This document shows, in pieces, positions 10,001 through 18,365 of a stretch of DNA of 30,066 bases. The notes beneath the pieces are model-generated. The model was not told the origin of the DNA. It searched no databases and saw only the letters and a list, made by a program, of their open reading frames with translations. The position numbers and the translations under genes were made by a program. Source of the DNA: an uncultured archaeon. Lineage in GTDB: Archaea > Altiarchaeota > Altiarchaeia > IMC4 > SCGC-AAA252-I15. Location: assembly GCA_902384455.1 (NCBI GenBank), contig CABMCB010000085.1, positions 1 to 30,066 on the forward strand. Reading direction: 5' to 3'. The number at the start of each line of letters is the position of its first letter. The stretch's first letter is position 1.

Positions 10001-11063
10001 CATACGGTATATGCAGAACTTGAGCAGATACGTCCTCTACATGTCGTTCAACGTGGTGGGTGAACGTGACCCCCATGAGGTCGTAGTAAAGAGGGATAAC
10101 CTCGCAAGTGACCTTGTAATATCAAGCGTCTGCGAAGTTTTGGGCCACAAAACGTCCCGTTCTCTCCCAGTGACTTTACACTGGGGGCTTGAAGAATTCG
10201 CCAGAGGGCAGACGCCTGTTGAAAATCCGGCAGCGCTACTCTCGGACCCGGTGAAGGCAGACCGCGTAGTGAGGACGGCCGGCGAGTACGCCGCGACAAT
10301 CATTAGCATCCCCGTCCATCCCCACGCAGGCAATTTCATCCTCGACGAGAGGGCTCAGGCTACGCTCATAGACCTGGAAGTGGAGAACGTAGGCCAACAT
10401 AGGCATGATCTTTATCCAGACCTAGGCTACCATATAGGATGGGGCGTTATGCCTCTTCTTGAGTTGCACCCTGAATGGAATCCGCAGGCGAATCCAGACG
10501 GCTCCAAGAAAGTGTGGCGGCTGTTCAAAGAAGGGCTTGAGGTCGGCCACAAGAGATACCTGCAGGAGCGGGAGCATGTGCAGCAGCTCATCCACGAAGG
10601 CGTGGTATCCGGCGCCCTAAGGGTGAGTGAAGAAGGCGTTATGACGCGCCTTGACATCCCCCCCGCAAGTCGCCTGAAAGATACAGTACTCTACGTCGTA
10701 GAGGCCTTTGCGGCCGGCGTGGACTTCTCACGGAGCGATTCATTAGAGACTTTCTGGGATAATTTGCCGCCCTTCTGGAAATGGGCGGCTGAGGATGCGG
10801 GTGTCAGGTCATTTGATGTCAGGTGGCAGGAGGTTGTTGACGACACCACAATCGGAAGGGAGATACTTCAGCAGCAGCCAGACCACATTGCCCTCAGGGG
10901 GGCTGGACGGCTTGAGGACTGGGAGAGGGCAGCCCGGGAAGCAGAACGGGCTCAAAGTGTATGGCTCAGACCCCAACTTCGGGAGGGTGAAGAGCGTAGG
11001 GGGATAGCGATCTTCGACAAAAAGACGGGTAAATTCCTTCGGTACGCATACGAAGGGGACTAA
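7014..11063 (+). CDS. Large hypothetical protein (~1350 aa) with three degenerate protein-kinase-like modules
   Basis: Long uninterrupted ORF; ATG 7014 preferred, ATG 6924 possible. Motifs LVK...FLIESY...HVATMVDKG...VHLIDWG, an internal repeat of this unit, and VVVK...GLEEF...HPHAGNFIL...LIDLE. Confidence 0.75.
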   Translation: MTTEEVHRRRRQYAPSPAVDDMIRAGDPMRFELGPVPYIPENKFEYVTLDQIDERFHCKAALIRDLRAAGFQKPQALRYQIEEGVISKTSRGIAAINVYTDQDMVTTEHRTMREPVIINMAARYLVKQPIEGEVTVQKWAASRDMAPLLLSSGSNESDGEFLIESYERYKSGLVDSGKTLTMAQAEEFGKTLGRHVATMVDKGTLYDFGRRPFTHTRVNPLQDGTTEVHLIDWGNAIRLQGRQQADVDALLLHQFRDIAIMCRMTSYVTGPRVWQAFTSEFVSHVSPAGRGDARTWETARVRGHRERLWAQELVQGTVDSLLSVEDARARRSWSAFFQRASGQRALASRELRPQEREEVALSELVHERLRDQAEGLDRSATEITRDAYARIRAFNEEAADEDRLNPLRMGVRAQRVNFEGKDVIEVTVNRPEPRNTTFLTYYVFTGADVQRKLITVTEGVGRKIVYADDAKTQLVMRKQYEPISVFRDAPAHVAEELGEGIAVLLARAARRGFTLRQHYENDLLVNPEGGWEVKARNLEANSMYDPDAITEQVKAAASLCRSMSLGLVAWKTFSLTLPPSATTVAEEAIYREALGRAEHDLCLSSSGWKQFFDDARVVMWDNPEVSNRHRQFLEYKEEQDPLVLYDPSNLSLLMATEPVAAQVIETFRRMGMVDCPWRSIPHFHVGIPIREEPHENLLADARMGKVDFTQDYSFLIEVGRYEWRTRLRNESVSDTRYLIPVRDGRVQTPIPLSAKDTIEDKGYIFPADFDAYLVPSGEGMSYSFSWDERAFAGMPPALEDLSRALGTRQSSALTEGERDRYLPLLRRITHEQRLSATWETVEQTALSEYTGSWRPMLAACRRTVDGMEDFDDRYRFLVGVDIPPRVADEIGQGLVAALDPQSPKLLAKTREERGEVDYFQLYREIPEALDATIAQSYPLFRENIELLLTSQKALPKVRNKERELGRHLTPAEYVELVEGEQRVILKGDRPSEYIRRIRYMQNLSRYVLYMSFNVVGERDPHEVVVKRDNLASDLVISSVCEVLGHKTSRSLPVTLHWGLEEFARGQTPVENPAALLSDPVKADRVVRTAGEYAATIISIPVHPHAGNFILDERAQATLIDLEVENVGQHRHDLYPDLGYHIGWGVMPLLELHPEWNPQANPDGSKKVWRLFKEGLEVGHKRYLQEREHVQQLIHEGVVSGALRVSEEGVMTRLDIPPASRLKDTVLYVVEAFAAGVDFSRSDSLETFWDNLPPFWKWAAEDAGVRSFDVRWQEVVDDTTIGREILQQQPDHIALRGAGRLEDWERAAREAERAQSVWLRPQLREGEERRGIAIFDKKTGKFLRYAYEGD

Positions 11064-11434
11064 TGATGGACGAAAAAGTTGATCAGACGGTGAAGACGGC
11101 GACACTTAAGGCAGTGATGGACGCGACTGACGCCCACAAGGAACTCATCCTTACCCACATCAACAGAGGCATCTTCTCCACGGCGATGCTGCTCCTTCCG
11201 TACGACCGAGAAATCGAGCTGGACGACAACCTGAAAGAGAAGCTCAAGTTCACCTCTTTGCGCAGGAACATGAGGAACCACGTATACTCACTCGACCTAA
11301 ACGAACTTTGGTTACATCTTTCCCGCGATGAAATCGAGTCCTTCTTCAGGGAAGTCTTTGACCAGACGAAGCAGGCGAGGGTGCTCATCGGCGACAGGCA
11401 AATCTCCTACATCTCGCGCTCCCTCTTCCTCTGA
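11063..11434 (+). CDS. Hypothetical protein (123 aa), translationally coupled to the giant ORF
   Basis: TAATG stop/start overlap at 11061-11065, purine-rich AAGGGG upstream, coding-like codon usage. Confidence 0.7.
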   Translation: MMDEKVDQTVKTATLKAVMDATDAHKELILTHINRGIFSTAMLLLPYDREIELDDNLKEKLKFTSLRRNMRNHVYSLDLNELWLHLSRDEIESFFREVFDQTKQARVLIGDRQISYISRSLFL

Positions 11435-11490
11435 CTAATTAATGCGTGTTATAAACTTCACCGCGGATAAAGTGATGTAGTGTTTATGCT

Positions 11491-12003
11491 ATGAAAGTCC
11501 TTTTTGTCGTCGCTCCTGAAGGATTCAGGGACGAGGAGCTACTTGTGCCCAAAAGCAAACTGGAGGCGGCCGGCCACCAAGTTAAGGTTGCCGGCACCAA
11601 GCATGGTTTTGCGGTTGGCATGCTGGGCGCCAGGGTTGAAATCGACGTTAGACTCATTGACGTCAAGAAGGATGATTACGGCGCGCTCGTCATAGTCGGA
11701 GGCGGCGGAAGCCCAGTTTTCCTTTGGAACAATCTCGCGCTTCAAGACTTAATCCGCGCGTTCGAGCTGGCGGGAAAACCCCTTGCTGCAATATGCTTGT
11801 CTCCTCCGATCCTTGCTAAAGTCGGCGTCCTGTTCGGGAAGAAAGCGACGACATTCCCGGACGAAAAAGCAATATCGCTGCTTAAGGAAAACGGCGCAAT
11901 CTACGTGGACACGCCAGTCGTAACATCCGGAAACATAGTCACCGCGAAAGGGCCTGAAGCCGCGGAAGCGTTCGGCGACGAAATAGTCCGGGTACTATCC
12001 TGA
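11491..12003 (+). CDS. DJ-1/PfpI family protein (class I glutamine amidotransferase-like; deglycase/glyoxalase/protease)
   Basis: FRDEEL (conserved Glu), VGGGG, nucleophile elbow AAICLSP, and VVTSGNIVTAKGP. Confidence 0.9.
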   Translation: MKVLFVVAPEGFRDEELLVPKSKLEAAGHQVKVAGTKHGFAVGMLGARVEIDVRLIDVKKDDYGALVIVGGGGSPVFLWNNLALQDLIRAFELAGKPLAAICLSPPILAKVGVLFGKKATTFPDEKAISLLKENGAIYVDTPVVTSGNIVTAKGPEAAEAFGDEIVRVLS

Positions 12004-12007
12004 AAAG

Positions 12008-12280
12008 TTACTTCTCAATTTTCCTTTTTCCCAAGTATCCTGCGTCCCACAGTTCAATCGAGGCCGCTTCTAGGAATCTTTTGTCTGTGGGTTGTATCGT
12101 GTATGGTCCTGTTTCTCCTGTCGGTTTGATTGTGAGTGGGCGGGTGAGTAGTTGCGTTAATTGCCGGTCGTCTGATTCTACGACGACGCCTTTGCCTTCC
12201 TCAAAGCGGGCTGTGCCGGCAGGTTCTACTACCGGCTCTTTCGCAGTTCCCTTCACCCTGTAAAACTCGTATGAACTCAT
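12008..12280 (-). CDS. Hypothetical protein (90 aa), coupled to the upstream metallopeptidase gene
   Basis: ATGA overlap at 12277-12280 with the upstream stop; SD-like GGGGTGA a few nt before the ATG. Confidence 0.7.
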   Translation of the reverse strand: MSSYEFYRVKGTAKEPVVEPAGTARFEEGKGVVVESDDRQLTQLLTRPLTIKPTGETGPYTIQPTDKRFLEAASIELWDAGYLGKRKIEK

Positions 12281-13725
12281 TTTGTCACCCCCGAATCCAA
12301 AGCTTTTCCTAAATCCTTTCCTACCGCAGATAAGTCAACGTGACCCTCTAATTCTCTATCCCGCGCATCCAAAACTTTTTCTATTAATGCGTTAACGTCT
12401 CCCTGCGGATTAGCCTGCATAACTCCATTGAAATCATACGTGTAAGTAACGCCTGCCGCAGGGTCAGTGAAAACATTATCCATCATCCACCTAACCTTCT
12501 CCATCAGCACAGGATCACCCATCCTCTCCCGAGTTCTCGCTCTATGCAACAGAGGCCTGCAGTCACCCGTATACTCCCCATAAAGAGTGGCGAAATCCTC
12601 AACCGGATTCTTAATGCCGTACTCCCTCGCAACCGAAGTCGCAGGAGGCCTGACCCATCGTTCATCCGGCATCAGTTCAATGGTGTCATAATCCCTTATG
12701 TCCCTTTCACTACCTCCTTCCGTCTGTACTCTCCATCCTCCTAGACTTGCAAATTCTGCAAACTTCTCGTTACCCAAAAAATGGTGATGTACCCCGTGCG
12801 CGGTCTCATGGTGTCCAATTTCAGAAGTAAAAATGTTTGGTGAAACAGAGCGGATTCTCCTTAAACCATAATCATAATCCCCTCCTACGCCGCCCCATTC
12901 ACTGTTTCTCTCATCAGATTCCTTATACGTGTCTCTAAACACTCCCCTAACCAAAAGCCTGTTTTGCCTAAGATGGGGCGGAGTATTCTCAAGAAAATTT
13001 CTTACCTGATCAACTTCCTCCTCAGTGAACCTAACAGGCCCATCTATGACCGAAACACCAAACTCCTAAAGTATCGCCACCCTCTTTTCACCCCCTGGCA
13101 TAGCAAGAAGATGAGGTTTAGCAGCCTCTCTGAAAGTTTCCTCAACAACCTGAATCCTCTCAGGAGTAACTACGCCAGGCATTCTAGGCGAACCCGGACT
13201 AACACCCTCAGCTGACACGGCCGTAAGAAGTAAAAGTCCGTCTCCCATTGCTCCCACACCCACGGCCAAGTCTGCCATTTGTTGGTCTATGTCTCTGCGA
13301 GCTTCTGGAGTCAAAACAGTGTTCTCGTTTAGTTCTCTGCGAAGACGGTCTAAGCCGCCGAATTGGTTTTGTATCCCCCTTGTGAGGTAGTCCAAGTCTA
13401 TGGTACCCCCAGCAAGACGGCTAAAATCAAATTCATACTGTTCTAAGTCGATTACTCGAGACGGTGCGGCAACTCTTCCTGTGCGAACTGCTGGTGTTAA
13501 AGCGCTTCCGGCATTTCGTGCGGAACCAGTAATCGTAGATTCTGCTGTCTGAACGGGAGGTGACAGGTTATTTACTCCTAACCTAAGCGGTTCAGGGAGG
13601 TTAGGGTGAGAAGTAGGCGTCTGACCTAACGGAAGCAACTCAGGAAGCTGGAGTTCCGCCTGAGCCAGGTCCGGAGGCACAACAGCCTGCTGCTTTTTGA
13701 CGACTACCTCATTCGGATTGCCCAT
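12277..13725 (-). pseudogene. Zincin (HExxH) metallopeptidase gene of 482 codons interrupted by one in-frame TAG at 13066-13068 (nonsense allele or readthrough)
   Basis: Track ORFs 13066..13725 and 12277..12954 are in the same frame, and the intervening codons are open: KRVAIL*EFGVSVIDGPVRFTEEEVDQVRNFLENTPPHLRQNRLLVRG. HETAH at 12796-12810, and YGIKNPVEDFA carries a likely third-ligand Glu. Confidence 0.7.
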
Positions 13726-13760
13726 CCCATATAAAATGGGGGAACACTAGGCCTTATATC

Positions 13761-14978
13761 TCACTTTCGCCCGTGCTTCCTCGCCCACATCCTAAGCCTA
13801 AGCGCATTCAAGCGGATGAACCCCACGGCGTCCAACTGGTTATACGCTCCGTGAACGTCCATGCTCGCCACACCCGAATCATACAAACTGTCTTTGGACT
13901 CGCGACCTATCACAATGCAGTTCCCTTTGTACACGCTTACTGTGACTTTCCCGGAAACGTACTCCTGGCTTTTCTCTATCGCAGCCATCAAAAAATCCAT
14001 TTCAGGGGCGAACCAGAAACCATTGTACATCAATTCGCTGACTTTAGGCGTCAACATATCCCTGATATGGCAGACCTCGCGGTCCATAGTCAACCCCTCA
14101 ATGTCCAAATGAGCAACCCTCAAAACAGTGTAACCCGGAGTCTCATACACCCCGCGGGATTTCATACCCACAAAACGATTCTCAACCAAATCAATGCGGC
14201 CGACCGCGTTTTCTCCGGCCACTTTGTTTAGGTAGGTGATTATTTCAAGCGGCTTAGTTTTGACTGTCTTGTCCTCAAGATTCTCCACTTTAACCGGAAC
14301 TCCCTTCTCAAAGGTGATTGCAATCCTAGTCTCCTTATCCGGCGCCTCCTGAGGAGAAACAGTAATCTCAAACATGTCTTCATTAGGCCTGAAGTTCGGG
14401 TCTTCAAGCACTCCTGCTTCGTAGCTTATGTGCATTATGTTTGGGTCGCTGCTGTACGGCTTCTTGGCTGTCGCCTTGATTGGGATGTTGTTTTTCTGCG
14501 CGTAAGCTATCATGTCGCTTCTACCCTGAAACTGCTTAAGGAACTCCTCATCCTTCCAAGGAGCAATAATTGTCGCCTCCGGCATAAGCGTAAGATAAGT
14601 CAACTCAAAACGAACCTGGTCGTTCCCTTTGCCTGTGGCCCCGTGAGCAAGGCCTGTTGCGCCTTCCTTCTTGGCGATTTCAACCTGGCGTTTAGCAATT
14701 AGGGGTCTGGCGATTGATGTCCCCAAAAGGTATTTGCCTTCGTATATGGCGTTCGCCTTTAGCGCCTTAAACATGAAGTCCTTGACGAACTCTTCCTTCA
14801 AGTCCTCGACATAAACTTTCTTTGCGCCGACAGCCAACGCCTTCTTCCGAACGACCTCAAGGTCTTCGTTTTGGCCGAGGTCTGCAACGTACGCGATGAC
14901 TTCGTGGCCTTTGTCTATAAGATACTTTAAAATTACGCTTGTGTCCAATCCCCCCGAGTAAGCAAGAACGACTTTCAT
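13761..14978 (-). CDS. argG: Argininosuccinate synthase
   Basis: [48 protein letters not shown]. Confidence 0.97.
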   Translation of the reverse strand: MKVVLAYSGGLDTSVILKYLIDKGHEVIAYVADLGQNEDLEVVRKKALAVGAKKVYVEDLKEEFVKDFMFKALKANAIYEGKYLLGTSIARPLIAKRQVEIAKKEGATGLAHGATGKGNDQVRFELTYLTLMPEATIIAPWKDEEFLKQFQGRSDMIAYAQKNNIPIKATAKKPYSSDPNIMHISYEAGVLEDPNFRPNEDMFEITVSPQEAPDKETRIAITFEKGVPVKVENLEDKTVKTKPLEIITYLNKVAGENAVGRIDLVENRFVGMKSRGVYETPGYTVLRVAHLDIEGLTMDREVCHIRDMLTPKVSELMYNGFWFAPEMDFLMAAIEKSQEYVSGKVTVSVYKGNCIVIGRESKDSLYDSGVASMDVHGAYNQLDAVGFIRLNALRLRMWARKHGRK

Positions 14979-15074
14979 CTTAGTTCCCGTAACAATTGGG
15001 AGATGACTTATTTAAGGCTGCGTGATAAGGCCCGAAAACTCAAACTATTATTAGACGCTTCAAATACAATCTCT

Positions 15075-15815
15075 ATGCCAAAACAAACAGGCGCTCTTAC
15101 GCGTAAAACATTAGTTCTTGCTTTCACATGCCTTCTGCTGGCTTTAACGTCCTCATATGCCTCAGCTTTGGCTAACTGCGCAGAAGCCGCTTTCTCAACC
15201 GCATGCCAAAAATGCAGCTTCGACCCGTACGGCAAAATAGACGGCCCCTGCATGGACACGCACCAAAACGCGGGTCAGGCCTGTTTGGCCTCAAGTTACC
15301 CTATAGCTTCGGCGAAATACGGGCTGGGAATGTGCCCTGCGGTTGATGCGTGCATTGAAGCGTTGAAGGCCTGCAAGAGTGCTCGCTGCCCCGGCCCGGA
15401 CAAAGCAGACTGCAGTAACCCCTCCTGTATCTCATGCTACCAGGAAGGCGACAGGTGTGTCGCCCGCGCCGACTCAGACTGCGACAGTAAAGCCACGTGC
15501 GGCGACAAAAAATGCGAGCAAGGCAAAGGGGAAACACAAGAAACATGCTGCTTGGACTGCAACTGCGCAGGCGAGCTCGTATGCAAAGACAACAAATGTA
15601 TGGAGCCTCAGGCAGCCCAGGAAACGTCTCAGAATAATTCCTCAAACCAAAACCAGCCATCCACTCCAGAGCCGACAGGCCCGCCCCAAGGACTGGGCTT
15701 TTTGTGGCTGTTCATGAGCGAACTCGTCAATGGAGTCTGCGGGGGCGCTCCGGCATTAATGACCGTTTCAATAGGGCTCATACTTGCGACTGAAAGAAGA
15801 CAAAAAAGAAACTAG
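15075..15815 (+). CDS. Secreted/surface Cys-rich protein with Q/N/S/P linker and C-terminal hydrophobic+basic anchor
   Basis: Signal peptide from ATG 15075 (RKTLVLAFTCLLLALTSSYASA). 22 Cys in the ectodomain, including CGDxxCExxxGETxxTCCxDC. Tail VCGGAPALMTVSIGLILATERRQKRN. Confidence 0.8.
   Translation: MPKQTGALTRKTLVLAFTCLLLALTSSYASALANCAEAAFSTACQKCSFDPYGKIDGPCMDTHQNAGQACLASSYPIASAKYGLGMCPAVDACIEALKACKSARCPGPDKADCSNPSCISCYQEGDRCVARADSDCDSKATCGDKKCEQGKGETQETCCLDCNCAGELVCKDNKCMEPQAAQETSQNNSSNQNQPSTPEPTGPPQGLGFLWLFMSELVNGVCGGAPALMTVSIGLILATERRQKRN
15745..15794 (+). repeat. Copy 1 of a diverged ~50-bp direct repeat (3' end of the Cys-rich gene)
   Basis: 15747-15794 versus 18440-18487: 38/48 nt identical by manual alignment, encoding APALMTVSIGLILATE. 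Confidence 0.8.
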
Positions 15816-15869
15816 GTGCTTTATAAGGCTGTTTGACGGTTTTAAACTTCCCCCTTTATAAATCTCATC

Positions 15870-18365
15870 ATGAACCTTCCTAAGGTTACCCTTATTCTTG
15901 TCATACTTTTTTTGTCTAGCCCCTTCGGATTGGCACAAAACCCCTGTGATAATTTCCCGAATGAAGACTTACACATCTTAACCGATGAAACAGTTATCAA
16001 CGTTACCCCAGTCAACTACCTCCAAGGGTCGTATCTCCCTACTGGTTGGGAGATTCTCTCTCAAGGGCTTGTCGACGAAAAAATATTTGAAGATTCTGTA
16101 CGTAAAGACGGCATTGTTGCAACCACAGATTTTCTACCTCAAAAATTTACTGGCGCCTACTCCCAAGTGCTATACACCGGAACTGATAAACTCTACGTCC
16201 TCATAGAATCATTTACCTCTGAAGAATATGCAAACAACGTCCTTAACAAATACTACCCTGCATACAGAGAAGCGGGCAATATCCACAACTTCGATTCAAT
16301 CCAAGAAATAGGCCGCAGAGCGTTTATCTGCCAGTTTGAAGGCACCCACGGAACGTGGGTAATGAAATTCATAGATAAGAAAAATCGATTAATCGAAATA
16401 GACGGATCCAAAAAAGAGGACCTAGAATCCATTGGTCAAGCATACGACACAATTAGTTCCTCAGTTTCTACCACGTCCACACACAAATGGGAGGCCTATG
16501 TTTGTAAACCAAATACTGACGCATGCACCCAGCATATCTACTTCAGTCCAATCTACGAGGATGTTGAGTTGACTGAATGTAGGACATATAAGAATAACGA
16601 CACAATCACTTGCCCAGATAGAAGAATAGAGAAATACGCAAGTAGCATAACAGTTCCTTTTCCGTCATGCGAGAAAGGCGACATTCTCTCATTGAGTTAT
16701 ACCAAAGATACTCAATTTCCGATTAAAGGGCGCATATGGAGTCCAACAGACTTCTATCTCCAGGACGAGTATCCCTCTCAAAATATAGTGTTGGACGTGA
16801 TTGTCCCAAAGTCAATGAATCTCCAGTACGATAGTGCGATTTCCCCTCAAATAACTAATGAAGGCGAGCAAACAACGTACAGGTGGGCTGTACATAATGT
16901 AGGTCCGTTAAAAACTGAACCATATATGCCAAAAATAAATGAAGTTGTACCTACCGTAACTTTTTCTTCGGTCGCCTTATGGAGCGAAGTAAAGGAGTGG
17001 GCTACTCCCCTATTCAACGAGAGCATTGATAGTGATGCAGTAAAAAGTATCCTCCCCCCTGTAGTCAGTCCTTCAGATAGCAAAAATGACAAAATAACTA
17101 AGATATACGAGTGGGTCCGGGATCAAGTTCGCTATGAGGAGTCAGAGATAGGTTTCCTCACTGGATACAAGCCACATCAAACTAAAGAGATTCTCAACTA
17201 CCGTTTTGGTGACTGTAAAGATAAAACGGTTCTACTCGCTTCAATGCTTAAGGCAAATGACATACCTGCGTATCCGGTAATTGTCAGTCGCAGCGATATA
17301 AACAAAAAGGTGCCAACGCCGTATGCTTTCTACCACGCCATTATAGCCATTTCAAATGGCACTAATTACATATGGCTTGATCCCACATGCTCTTTCTGTC
17401 CAGCTGGCTATTTGCCCCCCAGCGAACAAGACGTTGATGTTCTAATTCTTGCTGACCATCAGCCTGAATTTATAAAAACACCTGTATTGGCTGATGATGA
17501 ATACGCTCAAACAGAGAACAACTACTCTATTGAAGTCCATGAGGACGGAAGAGCAGACATCTTTCTAACCTCAAAGTCGGCAGGATACTCTGCATTGATA
17601 CTGCGAAAACAACTTAATGAGCGTACAAACAAAGAGCTAGAAGAATTACTTGTGGATATGGTAACTCCCTACTGTTCTAACTTCCAGTCCTCCTCCCATA
17701 GGATATTAGACTCCGATTCCCTTCTTAGTCTAACTTTAGAAGTGCGAGGTACATGCAAGAAATTTGCAGATGTATCCGGCGAGAAACTTATTTATAACAT
17801 GCCTCATGAGAATTTGTATACCTCTGTCGCTACAGAAAGGAGAGTCTTCCCGATTCAAATTGACAAAGACACTACAGAAAAAACAAAAGTTCTGATAGCA
17901 ATCCCTGCAAATTACGCAGTCGAGGTTATACCCCAAAATTACGCCGAAAAAACGTCATTCGGAAATTATGAGTTCAACTGCAAGAATACGGACAAACTCA
18001 TTGAGTGCGACCGCTTTTTCCATATGAACAAAACTACCTTGGCGGCAGGGGATTTCACAAGCTTTAACGAATTTTTCAAGGGAATAAACACCCGCGACAA
18101 AGCGGTGATACTGTCCCATTCAAGCAGCAGTAGTAGCTATACACCTAGCACTACTTCTACTGCGATTACTCAGACCACTGAACATACTTTACAAAGCACG
18201 ACACAATCAAATAGCTCATCTCCACCAGCAGACAAAAATGAAGTTACTACTGCTCCCAGCAACTTATCAAAATACGCTGTATTCTGTATTGCGGCTATCA
18301 TTATTCTAGCACCCATACTCAAACTATCACTAAATCACAAAAAACATAAGCCCAAAAAAAAGTAA
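15870..18365 (+). CDS. Membrane-anchored transglutaminase-like protein (DUF3857/Transglut_core/DUF3858-type architecture)
   Basis: Signal peptide; catalytic triad motifs GDCKDK, FYHAI and WLDPT; Ser/Thr linker, C-terminal TM and basic tail. Visibly more AT-rich than its neighbours. Confidence 0.85.
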   Translation: MNLPKVTLILVILFLSSPFGLAQNPCDNFPNEDLHILTDETVINVTPVNYLQGSYLPTGWEILSQGLVDEKIFEDSVRKDGIVATTDFLPQKFTGAYSQVLYTGTDKLYVLIESFTSEEYANNVLNKYYPAYREAGNIHNFDSIQEIGRRAFICQFEGTHGTWVMKFIDKKNRLIEIDGSKKEDLESIGQAYDTISSSVSTTSTHKWEAYVCKPNTDACTQHIYFSPIYEDVELTECRTYKNNDTITCPDRRIEKYASSITVPFPSCEKGDILSLSYTKDTQFPIKGRIWSPTDFYLQDEYPSQNIVLDVIVPKSMNLQYDSAISPQITNEGEQTTYRWAVHNVGPLKTEPYMPKINEVVPTVTFSSVALWSEVKEWATPLFNESIDSDAVKSILPPVVSPSDSKNDKITKIYEWVRDQVRYEESEIGFLTGYKPHQTKEILNYRFGDCKDKTVLLASMLKANDIPAYPVIVSRSDINKKVPTPYAFYHAIIAISNGTNYIWLDPTCSFCPAGYLPPSEQDVDVLILADHQPEFIKTPVLADDEYAQTENNYSIEVHEDGRADIFLTSKSAGYSALILRKQLNERTNKELEELLVDMVTPYCSNFQSSSHRILDSDSLLSLTLEVRGTCKKFADVSGEKLIYNMPHENLYTSVATERRVFPIQIDKDTTEKTKVLIAIPANYAVEVIPQNYAEKTSFGNYEFNCKNTDKLIECDRFFHMNKTTLAAGDFTSFNEFFKGINTRDKAVILSHSSSSSSYTPSTTSTAITQTTEHTLQSTTQSNSSSPPADKNEVTTAPSNLSKYAVFCIAAIIILAPILKLSLNHKKHKPKKK

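Noticed and set aside
12964-13215. 83-aa plus-strand ORF filling the gap between the two peptidase halves
   Set aside because: The gap is explained by the continuous minus-strand frame across the TAG.
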